Part shown: positions 55,301 to 64,000 of the stretch, one piece after another | Numbering within the stretch: position 1 is the first letter of the stretch | Layout: the number at the start of each line of letters is the position of its first letter | Source: an uncultured Bacteroidaceae bacterium | GTDB lineage: Bacteria; Bacteroidota; Bacteroidia; Bacteroidales; GCA-2748055 | Length of the DNA stretch: 64,000 nucleotides | Direction of reading: 5' to 3' | NCBI GenBank assembly: GCA_964528675.1 | Contig: CAZGTU010000012.1 | Coordinates: forward strand, 6,477-70,476 | Notes under the pieces: model-generated | What the model saw: only the letters and a program-made list of their open reading frames with translations | The model's database searches: none | Told to the model about the DNA's origin: nothing | Program-made: the position numbers and the translations under genes

Positions 55301-55997
55301 CGGTGTAAAATCTATTGAAAAAGGAGAAATATGCTTTTTCGTGAAGGACAGTGGAGTAGGGATTAGCGATGACAAGCAAAAATACATTTTTGACAGATTT
55401 CGCCAGGGACATGAAAATAAGGAAAGTTTTTATGGCGGAACCGGCTTAGGACTGGCAATATCCAAGAATCTTTTGGCCCTGATGGGAGGAGACCTTAAAG
55501 TTGTCTCGGAGGTTAATAAAGGATCGGAATTTTATTTTTCTATACCCTATGAAGGTAAAAACCTTGAAATACCGGATGAAAAGATCCTGATTGATCGCAG
55601 CCCATTGGACTGGAGTGCGAAAACATTTTTAATTGCCGAAGATGATCCGTCAAATTATTATTTATTGCAGGAGAATCTGAAGAAATACAATGTCAATATC
55701 CTTTGGGCCAAAAATGGAAATGAAGCGGTCGAAATTTTCAAAGAGAATAAGGATAAGGTCAATATCGTCCTTATGGATGTTCAAATGCCCGAGTTAAATG
55801 GTTATGATGCAACCAGACTTATAAAGGAGATAGATCCAAACGTACCTGTAATTGCTCAAACTGCTTATGCACTTGCCGGGGAAAGAGAAGCAAGCATTCG
55901 TGCCGGATGTGATGATTATATCTCAAAACCATTGATGATGAAAGAATTACTTTTTATTCTGAATAAATTTTTTGATAAGGAAAGAATTAATGAATAA
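52395..55997 (+). CDS. hybrid sensor histidine kinase/response regulator (REC-PAS(n)-GAF-PAS-HisKA-HATPase-REC)
   Basis: N-terminal REC (DD..D..LPG.DG), several PAS-like blocks, a GAF-like block, H-box SHEIRTPMNAI, N/G boxes, and a C-terminal REC (MDVQMPELNGYD). No transmembrane segment seen. Confidence 0.9.
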   Translation: MSINSLKVLIFEDDPLDIQLNIAELQKEHPEALVKSTAREKEFKSLIDSFQPDVILSDFNLPGFDGLDALNYVRDNYPLIPIIIVTGSLDEETAANCIKRGAWDYVLKEHIFRLNPAISLAVEHRDEKVKLRKVEEKILESEAISRRLINNIETAILLVDLDMKVIFSNQKAEQLLSRDKESLAGNRFYEALDLTKSFTGDKVISDKDIIGNLDDFKSTVHDVELIYHPDDSSGRRWINLSATPLLSKQNELEEILLCFNDISDKKIIESELLDSKSRYEVIFNAVNDGIFLYDPEDFSLIDVNETVVEMYGYSREEILSMSIGDLSDNRNGYTTESAKKYAEKALAGEIQTTEWLAIDKNKQRFWVYVILKVLDIGSRKVLMGIVRNIDEQKRTRNSLQKSQEHFRALTENSPDVIMRFDKHQRHLFVNDTVFDLVGITPEKFLNKTHYEMGVFPEHLCRFWEENVKKVFETGVTHTTEFSIPVKGSKVDIEWRLFPEFDEKNNVESVVAVARDISESKRHETIQNVLIEIANAVNNTRNLDELFVQIQKSLGAVIDTRNCYIAMYDEKTDTITLPFHQDEKDSFKEFPAGKTVTGYVIKTGKSQLVDLDRVVELESKGEIEPIGAPSVSWLGVPLRIVDKIIGVFVVQSYTEDILYTTEDVQLLEFVSDQIALAIERKIDQDKLKNNQLRQRRIIESSPDGLVVIDMVGKVLDCNSTFQELLKLETKDISDKNFFDYVADEDVIKVQNILNETLKTSYSKNYEFVMRRNDGSRFYTETSFGLIHGNEDEEGSFVIVIKNIDERKLYEDNLKIAKEKAEESDRLKTAFLSNMSHEIRTPMNAIIGFAELLSRLKTTDEEKEEYVRQINFAADTLMKLIDDIIDISKIEAGQLKMNPSLFHLSPLLDELYSMFKKSLERQNKSHINFVVKNCQDISNVQLHTDDFRLRQVFSNLLSNAIKFTNEGNIFFGVKSIEKGEICFFVKDSGVGISDDKQKYIFDRFRQGHENKESFYGGTGLGLAISKNLLALMGGDLKVVSEVNKGSEFYFSIPYEGKNLEIPDEKILIDRSPLDWSAKTFLIAEDDPSNYYLLQENLKKYNVNILWAKNGNEAVEIFKENKDKVNIVLMDVQMPELNGYDATRLIKEIDPNVPVIAQTAYALAGEREASIRAGCDDYISKPLMMKELLFILNKFFDKERINE

Positions 55998-57642
55998 GTT
56001 CAGGCTAATAATAATTATCTCATTATTTTTATTCAGTTGTAATCGCCAGCAAAGTTCTCAGCCTTCCAATGTTTTTCGTTATAATGAATCGAGGGGAATA
56101 GTTTCCCTTGACCCTGCTTTTGCAAGGGATCAAACAATGATCTGGCCGGCTGTGCAATTATTCAACGGGCTGGTTCAAATGGATGACCGGCTGGATATAA
56201 AGCCTTCAATTGCTAAATCCTGGAAAATAAGCCCTGATGGACGTGTATATACTTTTCATTTAAGAAATGATGTTTTTTTTCATGATCATCCGCTGTTTCC
56301 TGACGGGAAAGGCAGAAAGGTCAATGCCTATGATTTTGAATACAGTTTTTCGAGGATAATTGATCATGAAGTCGCTTCACCCGGATTCTGGATATTTAAT
56401 AAACTTGACCGAGAAAGTGAAAAGCATGCACCCGGATTCAAAGCTCTTAATGATAGTACCTTCAGAATATGGTTGTCCGAGTCTTTCCCACCATTTTTGG
56501 GGATTCTGACCATGCCATATTGTTCGGTTCTTCCTTCAGAATTAAAAGATAATCCGCAAATCGATATATCATCTGAACCTATAGGCACCGGCCCCTTTCG
56601 TTTCAAGTTATGGAGAAGGGAAGAAAAGCTTATCCTGGTAAAAAATGAACATTATTTTGAAACTGACAGCACCGGTGAAAGATTGCCATACCTTGACGGT
56701 GTATCCATTAGCTTTATTAAGGATAAACAATCTGAATTTATGGAGTTTCTGCTCGGGAATATTGACTTTCTTTCCGGACTTCATGCGGTTTATAAAGATG
56801 AATTGACAACAAGAAACGGGAAATTGAATCCAAAGTATGAAAATCGGTTTCATATGGATACTCAGCCCTATCTGAATACCGAGTATCTTGGATTCCTGCA
56901 TGATGCGGAAAATCCTGAGCTAACTGATCATCCTCTGGCTAAGGTTAATATTCGTAAAGCGATTAACTTTGGTTTTAATCGTAGCAAAATGCTGAAGTAT
57001 CTGCGAAATAATATGGGAGATCCTGCGGTCTATGGTTTCTTGCCCGGAGGTTTGCCATATCATGATCCCCTAAAAGTGAGAGGATACGATTATTATCCCG
57101 ATTCAGTTTGGTATTACCTGGAAAAAGCAGGTTATCCGAGAGGGGAAGGACTACCTGAGGTAAAGCTTACAACCACTTCTGATTATCTTGATCTTTGTGA
57201 GTTCATTCAATATGAAGTTTCACGTTTTGGAATAATTATTAATCTTGAAGTTGCAACCGGCGGGGCTTACAGAAACAAACTTGCCAATGGGCATTTGAAA
57301 TTTTTCCGGGGATCATGGATTGCAGATTATCCCGATCCTGAAAATTATCTCTCATTGTTTTATTCAGAAAACCGGAGCCCGGCAGGGCCCAATTACACTC
57401 GTTTTGAAGATCATTATTATGATAGTCTTTACCTCATGTCTATGAGAATAACCGACCCTGTGAAGAGAAAGGAGATTTATATACTTATGGATCAGTATCT
57501 CATGAAAAAGGCTGTAATTGTTCCTCTTTTTTACGATAGGGTTGTTCGGTTCTATCCCGTTAACATAAAGAATCTTGAGGCTAATCCTCTGAATCTTTTA
57601 ATTCTGAAAAGAGTGAAAAAGGGATATCCCGGTAAAATTTAA
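55990..57642 (+). CDS. ABC-type substrate-binding lipoprotein, family 5 (peptide/nickel-type)
   Basis: Lipoprotein signal MNKFRLIIIISLFLFSC and an SBP_bac_5-like pattern (LDPA.A.D......V.QLFNGLV..D..L...P.IAKSW.IS.DG..YTF.LR.DV.FHD). The ATG overlaps the kinase stop by 8 nt. Confidence 0.83.
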   Translation: MNKFRLIIIISLFLFSCNRQQSSQPSNVFRYNESRGIVSLDPAFARDQTMIWPAVQLFNGLVQMDDRLDIKPSIAKSWKISPDGRVYTFHLRNDVFFHDHPLFPDGKGRKVNAYDFEYSFSRIIDHEVASPGFWIFNKLDRESEKHAPGFKALNDSTFRIWLSESFPPFLGILTMPYCSVLPSELKDNPQIDISSEPIGTGPFRFKLWRREEKLILVKNEHYFETDSTGERLPYLDGVSISFIKDKQSEFMEFLLGNIDFLSGLHAVYKDELTTRNGKLNPKYENRFHMDTQPYLNTEYLGFLHDAENPELTDHPLAKVNIRKAINFGFNRSKMLKYLRNNMGDPAVYGFLPGGLPYHDPLKVRGYDYYPDSVWYYLEKAGYPRGEGLPEVKLTTTSDYLDLCEFIQYEVSRFGIIINLEVATGGAYRNKLANGHLKFFRGSWIADYPDPENYLSLFYSENRSPAGPNYTRFEDHYYDSLYLMSMRITDPVKRKEIYILMDQYLMKKAVIVPLFYDRVVRFYPVNIKNLEANPLNLLILKRVKKGYPGKI

Positions 57643-57943
57643 GAAAACTTTTCTACAACTGTTACTTCCGGTTCACATCACTTGACTACAATTTAAAAAA
57701 TCAAATAGCAGATAAAATTTTTCTGATATTTATTTTGTTTTGACCATTCATTCATTTGAGATATTGGTTAAATACCAGGCAATTAAACCTTTGGAGATGT
57801 TTTCATTTTAAGATTTGAAGTGAAAAGCTTATTTGTAAAACAGGTAACAGAAAAAATATAAAAAAAAAACAAATCAGATGTTACTTTGGAGAAGTCTTTG
57901 GTATTAAGGGATATAAACAACCAGCAAAAACCAACCATTAATT

Positions 57944-58747
57944 ATGTATCAGAAACATTGGGAGAAATACCACAAGGCAGTATGTTCAATTAATTTTTAC
58001 GGGAAGACAAATTCTAAAATACTGGGCTTAACAGGTTTTCGGGTCGATGATTTGATTGTTACTGTCGATGAAATGTATTCACTTTCAGATTATACTGAAG
58101 CAAAAATCTGTTTCTACGAGGATGATGGGGTAAGAATTTTTAAAGAATTTGCATTTTCAAAAGATGAATTTAAATCAATACTTCCACCGAAATCACATTT
58201 TGAGAATCTTGGGATCGTATTCTTCAATCTGGAGAAAGAACTTCTTGAAGGTACCACGAGTTTTGATCTTTGCCAGAATTGCTACTCTCCTATTGGTAAA
58301 GATGCTTTTACCATAAGTTATCAGCCTGAACAAAATAATATTGGCTTGAATTCTGCGATTATCAGTTCAAATTATGTAAATAGCAGAGGGCTGAGTTTTC
58401 TTCAGTTTGATGGAACAGTAAGATCGGGAGCCAGCGGCAGTCCTCTCATTGATAATAAAAGCGGAAAAGTTCTGGGTATAGTTTCCAACAAGGAATTAAA
58501 GATATTTAAAACTTACAGGGAATTATTAAAAACAGTGGATAAAAACCTGGAAGTCCTGGAAAAAGTAAAGGATAAATGGTTTATAGATGAAGTAGATCCT
58601 GTACAGGTGCTTATTGTAAACCAGAATCAGATCAAGCACCTTTCAAAAGAAATATTTTCAAATTTTGCTGTTAAATCAGGTTATGCGCTTGACGTAAGTC
58701 ACCTGAAAGAACAACGTGAAAATATCTCGGATGGATATTTTGATTAA
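57944..58747 (+). CDS. cytoplasmic trypsin-fold (S1-like) domain protein, possibly non-canonical or inactive
   Basis: 267 aa with no signal peptide. The serine-motif region FDGTVRSGASGSPLIDNKSGKVLGIVSN resembles the G.SG.P..D..G.V.GI block of trypsin-like peptidases. The usual T.aHV His box is not found where expected (LIVTVDEM). Confidence 0.45.
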   Translation: MYQKHWEKYHKAVCSINFYGKTNSKILGLTGFRVDDLIVTVDEMYSLSDYTEAKICFYEDDGVRIFKEFAFSKDEFKSILPPKSHFENLGIVFFNLEKELLEGTTSFDLCQNCYSPIGKDAFTISYQPEQNNIGLNSAIISSNYVNSRGLSFLQFDGTVRSGASGSPLIDNKSGKVLGIVSNKELKIFKTYRELLKTVDKNLEVLEKVKDKWFIDEVDPVQVLIVNQNQIKHLSKEIFSNFAVKSGYALDVSHLKEQRENISDGYFD

Positions 58748-58750
58748 TTC

Positions 58751-58951
58751 TTATGTTTCGTCTGAGTTAAGTATTTTATCTACTTCCTCTTCCGTTCTGT
58801 GAAGTTTATCTTTACATAGTTTAATCAGCTCGGTCACTCTCTTTACTTTTTCACTGAGAAGATCGATCTCAAGATCACCAGATTCAATCTGATTTGTTAT
58901 TAATTCAATTTCTTTGATTGCTTCACTGTAAGAGATATTTTTTTTCGCCAT
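58751..58951 (-). CDS. xseB: exodeoxyribonuclease VII small subunit
   Basis: MAKKNISYSEAIKEIELITNQIESGDLEIDLL... is a typical XseB sequence. The ATG at 58951 lies 1 nt after the xseA stop. Confidence 0.85.
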   Translation of the reverse strand: MAKKNISYSEAIKEIELITNQIESGDLEIDLLSEKVKRVTELIKLCKDKLHRTEEEVDKILNSDET

Positions 58952-58952
58952 G

Positions 58953-60347
58953 CTATTTGACTTTACTTTTAAATTTTCCTTTATGCAGAATGGTGATGAT
59001 TTCATCATCTTTTTTTACAGATTTTGCGTTTTTCAGGACCTTGCCCTGGTGAGAGGTAATTGAATATCCTTTAGAAAGAATATAATCCGGATCAGAGAGA
59101 TCCTTAATGCGTTCGAGAGATGCAAGTTTATCTTTTTCTTCCTTGATTCTTAAAAGAGATAATCGTTCAGTTTTATCCAACAGGGTTTCAAATTTTTGTT
59201 TTTCCTTTGTAAGCAAAGTTGACAGATAGAATTTAAGCGTATTTTTTTTCTCATTGAGAAGATTATATGAATTAATAATAGAACTTTTCAGCGTTGAATT
59301 GATCCGATGAGTTAAATGATTCAGATTTTTGTCAGCTTTGTGAAGATTTTGTTTTGTAAAGAGTAACAGATGCTGCGATAATATGGATACTTTATCTTTT
59401 TCAGATTGAACTCTTTGTTTTACAGAATCATTTATAAATTCCAGGGCCTGATCAAGTGCTGCGAGAAACTCGGCCATTCTGTCAATCAACATCTCAGAAA
59501 CTGCAGTGGGAGTTTTTAGTTTTCTGTAGGCCACAATATCTGCAACGGTTTCATCTCTTTCGTGTCCTATGCCTGTTAAGACCGGCAGAGGAAACTGGCT
59601 GATATGAAAGGCCAGATCATAATTATTGAAACAATCCAGTTCAATTGTAGCTCCTCCCCCCCTGATTAAAACCACAACATCAAACTCACTTTCTGATTGA
59701 TATATGTTTTCAAGTGCTTCTATGATTGATTGTTCTGCTTTTTCTCCCTGCATTACAGCCTGGAAGAGACTTATTTCAAAATGGAAATTATAAATATTAT
59801 CAGATAATGTTTTCAGGAAGTCTTCAAAACCTGCAGCAGTGGGTGAGGAGATTACAGCTACTCTTTGAGGTACGATTGGGAATTCAAGTTGCTTATTCAT
59901 ATCGATAACTCCTTCCCTGGTGAGTTTTTCAATAATTTCAGCTTTTCTTCTTGCCAGGTCACCGAGGGTATACTTAGGATCGATATCTTTAATGTTCAGA
60001 CTGATGCTGTACTGTGGATGAAATTCCAGACTGACTTTTACCATAACCTTAATTCCGGCAGAAAATTGATAACCTGTGGTTCCTTCGAAATAAGGCCTGA
60101 GCATTCTGAATGTATAGGACCATATAGTCCCTCGCATGCGTGCCAGAACTTTTTTGTTGTCCTGGCTTTTTTCAACCAATTCAAGATAGGCATGCCCACT
60201 GTTGTTTAAATGGAATTCGCTTATTTCGGCAATTACCCAGAATTGATCGGGGAAACCGGTATTGAGGGTTTTCCTGATAAGGGCAGTGAGCTTGCTTAAG
60301 GTAAGCGCTGTGCTTTCTTCTTTACTGTTTAATGAGTTTTGTAACAA
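58953..60347 (-). CDS. xseA: exodeoxyribonuclease VII large subunit
   Basis: OB-fold N-terminus (FWVIAEISEF....SGHAYLELVE), a catalytic core (RVAVISSPTAAGFEDF, LIRGGGA, GIGHERD), and a coiled-coil tail. Confidence 0.92.
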   Translation of the reverse strand: MLQNSLNSKEESTALTLSKLTALIRKTLNTGFPDQFWVIAEISEFHLNNSGHAYLELVEKSQDNKKVLARMRGTIWSYTFRMLRPYFEGTTGYQFSAGIKVMVKVSLEFHPQYSISLNIKDIDPKYTLGDLARRKAEIIEKLTREGVIDMNKQLEFPIVPQRVAVISSPTAAGFEDFLKTLSDNIYNFHFEISLFQAVMQGEKAEQSIIEALENIYQSESEFDVVVLIRGGGATIELDCFNNYDLAFHISQFPLPVLTGIGHERDETVADIVAYRKLKTPTAVSEMLIDRMAEFLAALDQALEFINDSVKQRVQSEKDKVSILSQHLLLFTKQNLHKADKNLNHLTHRINSTLKSSIINSYNLLNEKKNTLKFYLSTLLTKEKQKFETLLDKTERLSLLRIKEEKDKLASLERIKDLSDPDYILSKGYSITSHQGKVLKNAKSVKKDDEIITILHKGKFKSKVK

Positions 60348-61974
60348 TTTCTCCTTCTGTTGAATGGGCGATTAAGTAATATACACCAGGACTGAATCTT
60401 TGGAGGGTATTGATCATGATTTTTTCACCGGGTTGCCAGTTTTTTTTATTTGAATGTACTAATTTACCCTCAGATGAAAAAATGTCAATTTGTTTAATTC
60501 CGATATTGGAGCTTGTAGTCTGCAGTTCAATAATGCCTGTGAAAGGGTTGGGATATGCAATGAAACCGTAGTTTTCATTTTTTGCAGTATCGTTTTTCAG
60601 TTCCCATAAAGCATGAATAAAGTTTGGTATTCCATAGCCCATTATACTATCAGGGTTAGCATACTGGCTGCTGCTTTTACGCACGGCTCTAATTATTTCA
60701 TGATGGTTTTTTTCTGCAGAGGCCTGGATGAGACATGCGATTAAACCGGCAACCTGAGGCGCAGCGAAGGAAGTCCCAAAACCTTCAGAAGGTTCGCCCA
60801 GGGGACTGATTATTTTGGTTCGGAAACCAACGGCCATCAAATCCGGTTTTATTCGTCCGTCATAGGTATTGCCTCTTGAGCTATAGCCGGTAACATTCAT
60901 AGCTGTATCTATCGATCCCACTGCAAGAACATTGGGGCCGTCAGCCGGGGGTGTTATTCTACCCCATATATTATTTCCTTCATTTCCTGCACTGGAAACA
61001 ACAACCATTCCCTTTGCAAAAGCTTTCTCGGCAGCCCGGGTTACAAGAGCACTGTCTCCATTGAGATCATCAAAGCTATAATTCATTTTATCTGAAGTAG
61101 GGAAATCATAATAGCCCAGTGAAGAAGTTATCAGATCAGCCCCTGTACTGTCGGCATATTCTGCAGCCAGCACCCAATAAGCTTCTTCAACCTTATTTTC
61201 TCTGGCTGCTTCTTCGGAACGAAGGAGAAGATAGGAGGCTTTCGGAGCAGTTCCCACAAATGTGTCGGGTATGTAAGCCGCAAGTGTGCTAAGTACAGCC
61301 AATCCATGGGTGCTCTGTTCGAAAAAATCGGATGAAGGATCTACAAAATCCTTATAGCTGAGAATCCTGTCTTCTTCCCAGAGATGGGAAAAAGCTTTTA
61401 ATTCGTCAACTTTGTAAAATCCGGCATCCAATACGGCAATGAGTATATTTTCCCCCTTATAACCAAAATTATGCAGGAAATTTCCTCCTAGAAGACTGAT
61501 TTGTGACGAAGCCGCCCCATAATAAAGAGACTCCCGTTTATTATTATTCGGTTTTGGATCTTTACTGACAAAGGCTTCTCCCTGATTAACAGAACTGAAA
61601 TTGGTATAATCGGCGTTAAAATTTTCAACAAAACTGAATTGTGATATTTTTTCCAGTACAAGACTGTCACCGGTTTCAATAATTACAGAATTGAACCACC
61701 TGCTGGTTCCATGAATTCTGACACCGGTGCTGCGAATGCTGTCAACATAGGATTTTGAAACCGGCAGATCATCTTCAGTAATCTCAATACCCGATTTTAC
61801 TCTTCTTAGAATTGCGCGTTCCGACAGAAACTCTTCCGGTGCATTTACATTGTATGTCGTTCCTTCCTTGTCGGTTAGTGAAACCCAGTACATATTGGGA
61901 GCCATTCTCTGGGAAAAAGTTGATCCGAAGAGGAATAATAACAATGCTGTTAATAAGAAGAAAATTCTGTTCAT
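60322..61974 (-). CDS. S8 family (subtilisin-like) serine peptidase with T9SS C-terminal sorting domain
   Basis: Asp (AVLDAGF), His (HGLAV) and Ser (GTSFAAPQVAG) boxes. C-terminal domain YPNPFTGIIEL...GVYYLIAHSTEGEIVTKLIKQ. Confidence 0.88.
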   Translation of the reverse strand: MNRIFFLLTALLLFLFGSTFSQRMAPNMYWVSLTDKEGTTYNVNAPEEFLSERAILRRVKSGIEITEDDLPVSKSYVDSIRSTGVRIHGTSRWFNSVIIETGDSLVLEKISQFSFVENFNADYTNFSSVNQGEAFVSKDPKPNNNKRESLYYGAASSQISLLGGNFLHNFGYKGENILIAVLDAGFYKVDELKAFSHLWEEDRILSYKDFVDPSSDFFEQSTHGLAVLSTLAAYIPDTFVGTAPKASYLLLRSEEAARENKVEEAYWVLAAEYADSTGADLITSSLGYYDFPTSDKMNYSFDDLNGDSALVTRAAEKAFAKGMVVVSSAGNEGNNIWGRITPPADGPNVLAVGSIDTAMNVTGYSSRGNTYDGRIKPDLMAVGFRTKIISPLGEPSEGFGTSFAAPQVAGLIACLIQASAEKNHHEIIRAVRKSSSQYANPDSIMGYGIPNFIHALWELKNDTAKNENYGFIAYPNPFTGIIELQTTSSNIGIKQIDIFSSEGKLVHSNKKNWQPGEKIMINTLQRFSPGVYYLIAHSTEGEIVTKLIKQ

Positions 61975-61997
61975 AAGAAAAAAAATAATATAGATGT

Positions 61998-62798
61998 CTA
62001 ACGTAATCTGCCCGGGTTTGGTTCAGGGAAATCGTCAACTGCTTCATCAAGCTGATCTGAGAACTCCTCCTGTCTCTTTTTTATCTCAGGATTTGCCATC
62101 ATTTTTCCTTTGTCATATTCCACATTAACATCGGGTTGTCCGTTTTCGGTATAATACTTCCATGTACCATGCATTACACCATCAGTATAATTACCTTCTA
62201 TAGAAGGGCGTCCATTTGGATTATAGGATTTGAAACTGCCGTCTCTTTTTCCATTAAGGTGAGATGATTTCAACCGGAGTTGTCCGTTTTCATAATATTG
62301 TTCCCATACTCCTGTTTTATCTCCATCTTGCCATTCTGTAATTTCAGCCACTCTGCCATCGTCGTAGAATTTTTTGGTCAGGCCGTCTTTCTCACCATTT
62401 TCCCATTCTTCTGTAATAGCCAGTCGTCCGTTATAAAATGAATAATAATTCCAGACGCTGTCTTTTTTCTGTCCGACAAATTTCCCTTCAGCGGCTTTTT
62501 TGCCACTTCTGTAATACATGGTTGCATAAGATGCATTACCGTCTTTTTTGAAATCAATTTCAGTCGAGAGAGGTCCTTCCCGAAAATATCTCTTCATCAG
62601 GCCTGTGGGTTTGTTATCTTCGAAATACCCTTCATACTTCAAATTCCCGTTGTCATAATATTTTTTCCATAATCCTGTTCGGTTCCCATCTTCATCAAGC
62701 CTGTTGATATTTTCCTGTTGTGCATAAGAAGAAAGCGAAAATATCAACGAAATGATTAATGTTAGATTTATAATTAAAGTTTTCATATTTAAAATCAA
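61998..62798 (-). CDS. MORN-repeat-variant (YwqK-family) secreted protein
   Basis: Signal peptide followed by repeated G.W..YY.NG.L..EG.F..GK..G units. Confidence 0.78.
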   Translation of the reverse strand: MILNMKTLIINLTLIISLIFSLSSYAQQENINRLDEDGNRTGLWKKYYDNGNLKYEGYFEDNKPTGLMKRYFREGPLSTEIDFKKDGNASYATMYYRSGKKAAEGKFVGQKKDSVWNYYSFYNGRLAITEEWENGEKDGLTKKFYDDGRVAEITEWQDGDKTGVWEQYYENGQLRLKSSHLNGKRDGSFKSYNPNGRPSIEGNYTDGVMHGTWKYYTENGQPDVNVEYDKGKMMANPEIKKRQEEFSDQLDEAVDDFPEPNPGRLR

Positions 62799-62880
62799 CC
62801 TTTTTCCAATATTAAACTATGGATTGATGAATTTATTTTACAAAAATTTCTTTTCTTAAAGCTGTCAATTTAATAAAAAA

Positions 62881-62910
62881 AAGCCGTTCCTTATTAAATG
62901 GAACGGCTTT
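62881..62910 (-). terminator. intrinsic terminator downstream of dnaK
   Basis: AAGCCGTTCC-TTATTAAAT-GGAACGGCTT is flanked by A and T runs. On the minus strand the stem is followed by a T-run. Confidence 0.7.
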
Positions 62911-62969
62911 TATTTTATCAAGGTATTTTATTTAAACCGATTGTTTCTTAATCAAGATGATATGAAACT

Positions 62970-64000
62970 TTACTTAACTTCTTCAAAGTCTACATCCGTT
63001 ACTTCTTCATCATCTTTTTTATCATTGCCTCCGCCCTGATCACTCTGGCCGCCTTCATCTCCCTGGGTGCCTTCGCCTCCCTGAGCCTGCTGACCTGCTT
63101 TGTACATGTCTTCACTGGCAGCCTGCCATACCTGGTTCAATTCTGCGGTAGCGGTTTCAATTGCTGAAAGATCTTCGTTTTTATGAGCTTCCTTCAGTTT
63201 TTCAAGAGCTTTTTCAATGGGCTCTTTCTTTTCCGCAGGAATTTTATCTCCAAATTCTTTCAACTGTTTTTCGGTCTGGAAGATCAAGCTATCTGCTGCA
63301 TTCATTTTGTCAATTTTTTCTTTTGCAGCCTGATCAGCCTCAGCATTTTCTTTTGCTTCATTCTTCATTCTTTCAATTTCTTCTTCGCTCAGACCTGATG
63401 AAGCTTCAATTCGAATGCTTTGCTCTTTTCCGGTACCTTTATCTTTAGCAGATACATTTAGAATACCATTTGCGTCAATATCGAATGATACTTCAACTTG
63501 TGGCACACCGCGCGGGGCAGGTGGAATTCCGTCAAGATGGAATCTTCCAATGGTTTTGTTACCACTTGCCATGGGCCTTTCACCCTGTAATACATGTATC
63601 TCTACAGATGGTTGATTGTCTGCTGCTGTAGTAAAGGTTTCCGCTTTTTTGGTTGGAATGGTTGTATTTGCTTCAATAAGTTTGGTGAATACACCACCCA
63701 TTGTTTCAATACCAAGGGAAAGCGGAGTTACATCGAGGAGAAGTACATCTTTTACTTCACCGGTCAGAACACCACCCTGAATTGCAGCGCCAATGGCAAC
63801 AACCTCATCAGGATTCACACCTTTAGAAGGTGCTTTGCCAAAGAACTTTTGAACTACTTCCTGAATTGCGGGAATCCGGGTAGAACCTCCAACAAGTATT
63901 ACTTCATCGATATCAGAAGCAGTGCTGTTGGCGTCTTTAAGCGCTTTTTTGCATGGTTCAATTGTAGCCTGGATAAGTTTATCTGCCAGACTTTCGAATT
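62970..64000 (-). CDS. dnaK: molecular chaperone DnaK (Hsp70), C-terminal part; 5' end lies outside the window
   Basis: The frame is open to the window edge: ...[48 protein letters not shown]...[11 protein letters not shown]... The acidic tail ends DVDFEEVK. Confidence 0.97.
   Translation of the reverse strand, partial: FESLADKLIQATIEPCKKALKDANSTASDIDEVILVGGSTRIPAIQEVVQKFFGKAPSKGVNPDEVVAIGAAIQGGVLTGEVKDVLLLDVTPLSLGIETMGGVFTKLIEANTTIPTKKAETFTTAADNQPSVEIHVLQGERPMASGNKTIGRFHLDGIPPAPRGVPQVEVSFDIDANGILNVSAKDKGTGKEQSIRIEASSGLSEEEIERMKNEAKENAEADQAAKEKIDKMNAADSLIFQTEKQLKEFGDKIPAEKKEPIEKALEKLKEAHKNEDLSAIETATAELNQVWQAASEDMYKAGQQAQGGEGTQGDEGGQSDQGGGNDKKDDEEVTDVDFEEVK

Noticed and set aside
61998-62798. 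YwqK-family 'antitoxin' as evidence for a toxin-antitoxin system
   Set aside because: The protein has a signal peptide and is a MORN-repeat-variant protein. No toxin partner is adjacent, so the family name alone does not support a TA module.
1-64000. Scan for CRISPR arrays, rRNA or tRNA genes, transposases, integrases and prophage genes
   Set aside because: I saw no regularly spaced direct repeats, no cloverleaf-like or rRNA-like segments in intergenic regions, and no ORF with transposase, integrase or phage hallmarks. The scan was by eye only, so a small tRNA could have been missed.

Overview
AT-rich chromosomal segment with clear Bacteroidota (Bacteroidetes) character: T9SS and gliding genes, lipoprotein and T9SS C-terminal sorting signals, TAnnTTTG-type promoter boxes and no Shine-Dalgarno dependence. 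About 50 genes, mostly housekeeping or envelope functions. (a) A translationally coupled operon: ppk, IMPase, lipid-A-type acyltransferase, GT2. (b) A core T9SS/gliding locus: murF, gldJ and a PorP/SprF-like gene on the minus strand, porU and porV on the plus strand. (c) ispF. (d) From about 14.4 to 24.1 kb, a repeat-rich stretch holding the most interesting system in the window. It is a minus-strand cluster of an ECF sigma factor, a ZAS-type anti-sigma factor, a secreted Cys-motif peptide with (E)GKCG repeats, a DUF692/MNIO enzyme and a truncated DUF2063 partner. I read this as an HvfA/bufferin/methanobactin-like RiPP metallophore locus. (e) SDR oxidoreductases, thioredoxin-fold proteins, a membrane-anchored MutS-like ATPase, an S41 peptidase, and fucI with a GntR-type regulator. 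(f) A sigma-54 two-component system next to an operon of HlyD adaptor, ABC ATPase, 95-aa ORF and TolC that lacks a permease. (g) GNAT, amidohydrolase, a large T9SS-sorted propeller/PKD protein, an EEP nuclease, a CCA-adding enzyme and a thioredoxin. (h) A TPP riboswitch in front of a TonB-dependent receptor. (i) A 1200-aa soluble hybrid histidine kinase overlapping a family-5 solute-binding protein gene. (j) An orphan cytoplasmic trypsin-fold protein, xseB, xseA, a T9SS-sorted S8 peptidase, a MORN-variant protein and the 3' two-thirds of dnaK. No rRNA, tRNA, CRISPR array, transposase or integrase was recognised. Many intergenic regions carry modular, nested hairpin elements resembling REP/BIME or MITE repeats, some as inverted copies flanking genes. 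All calls come from reading the supplied translations and sequence by eye; no database search was run.
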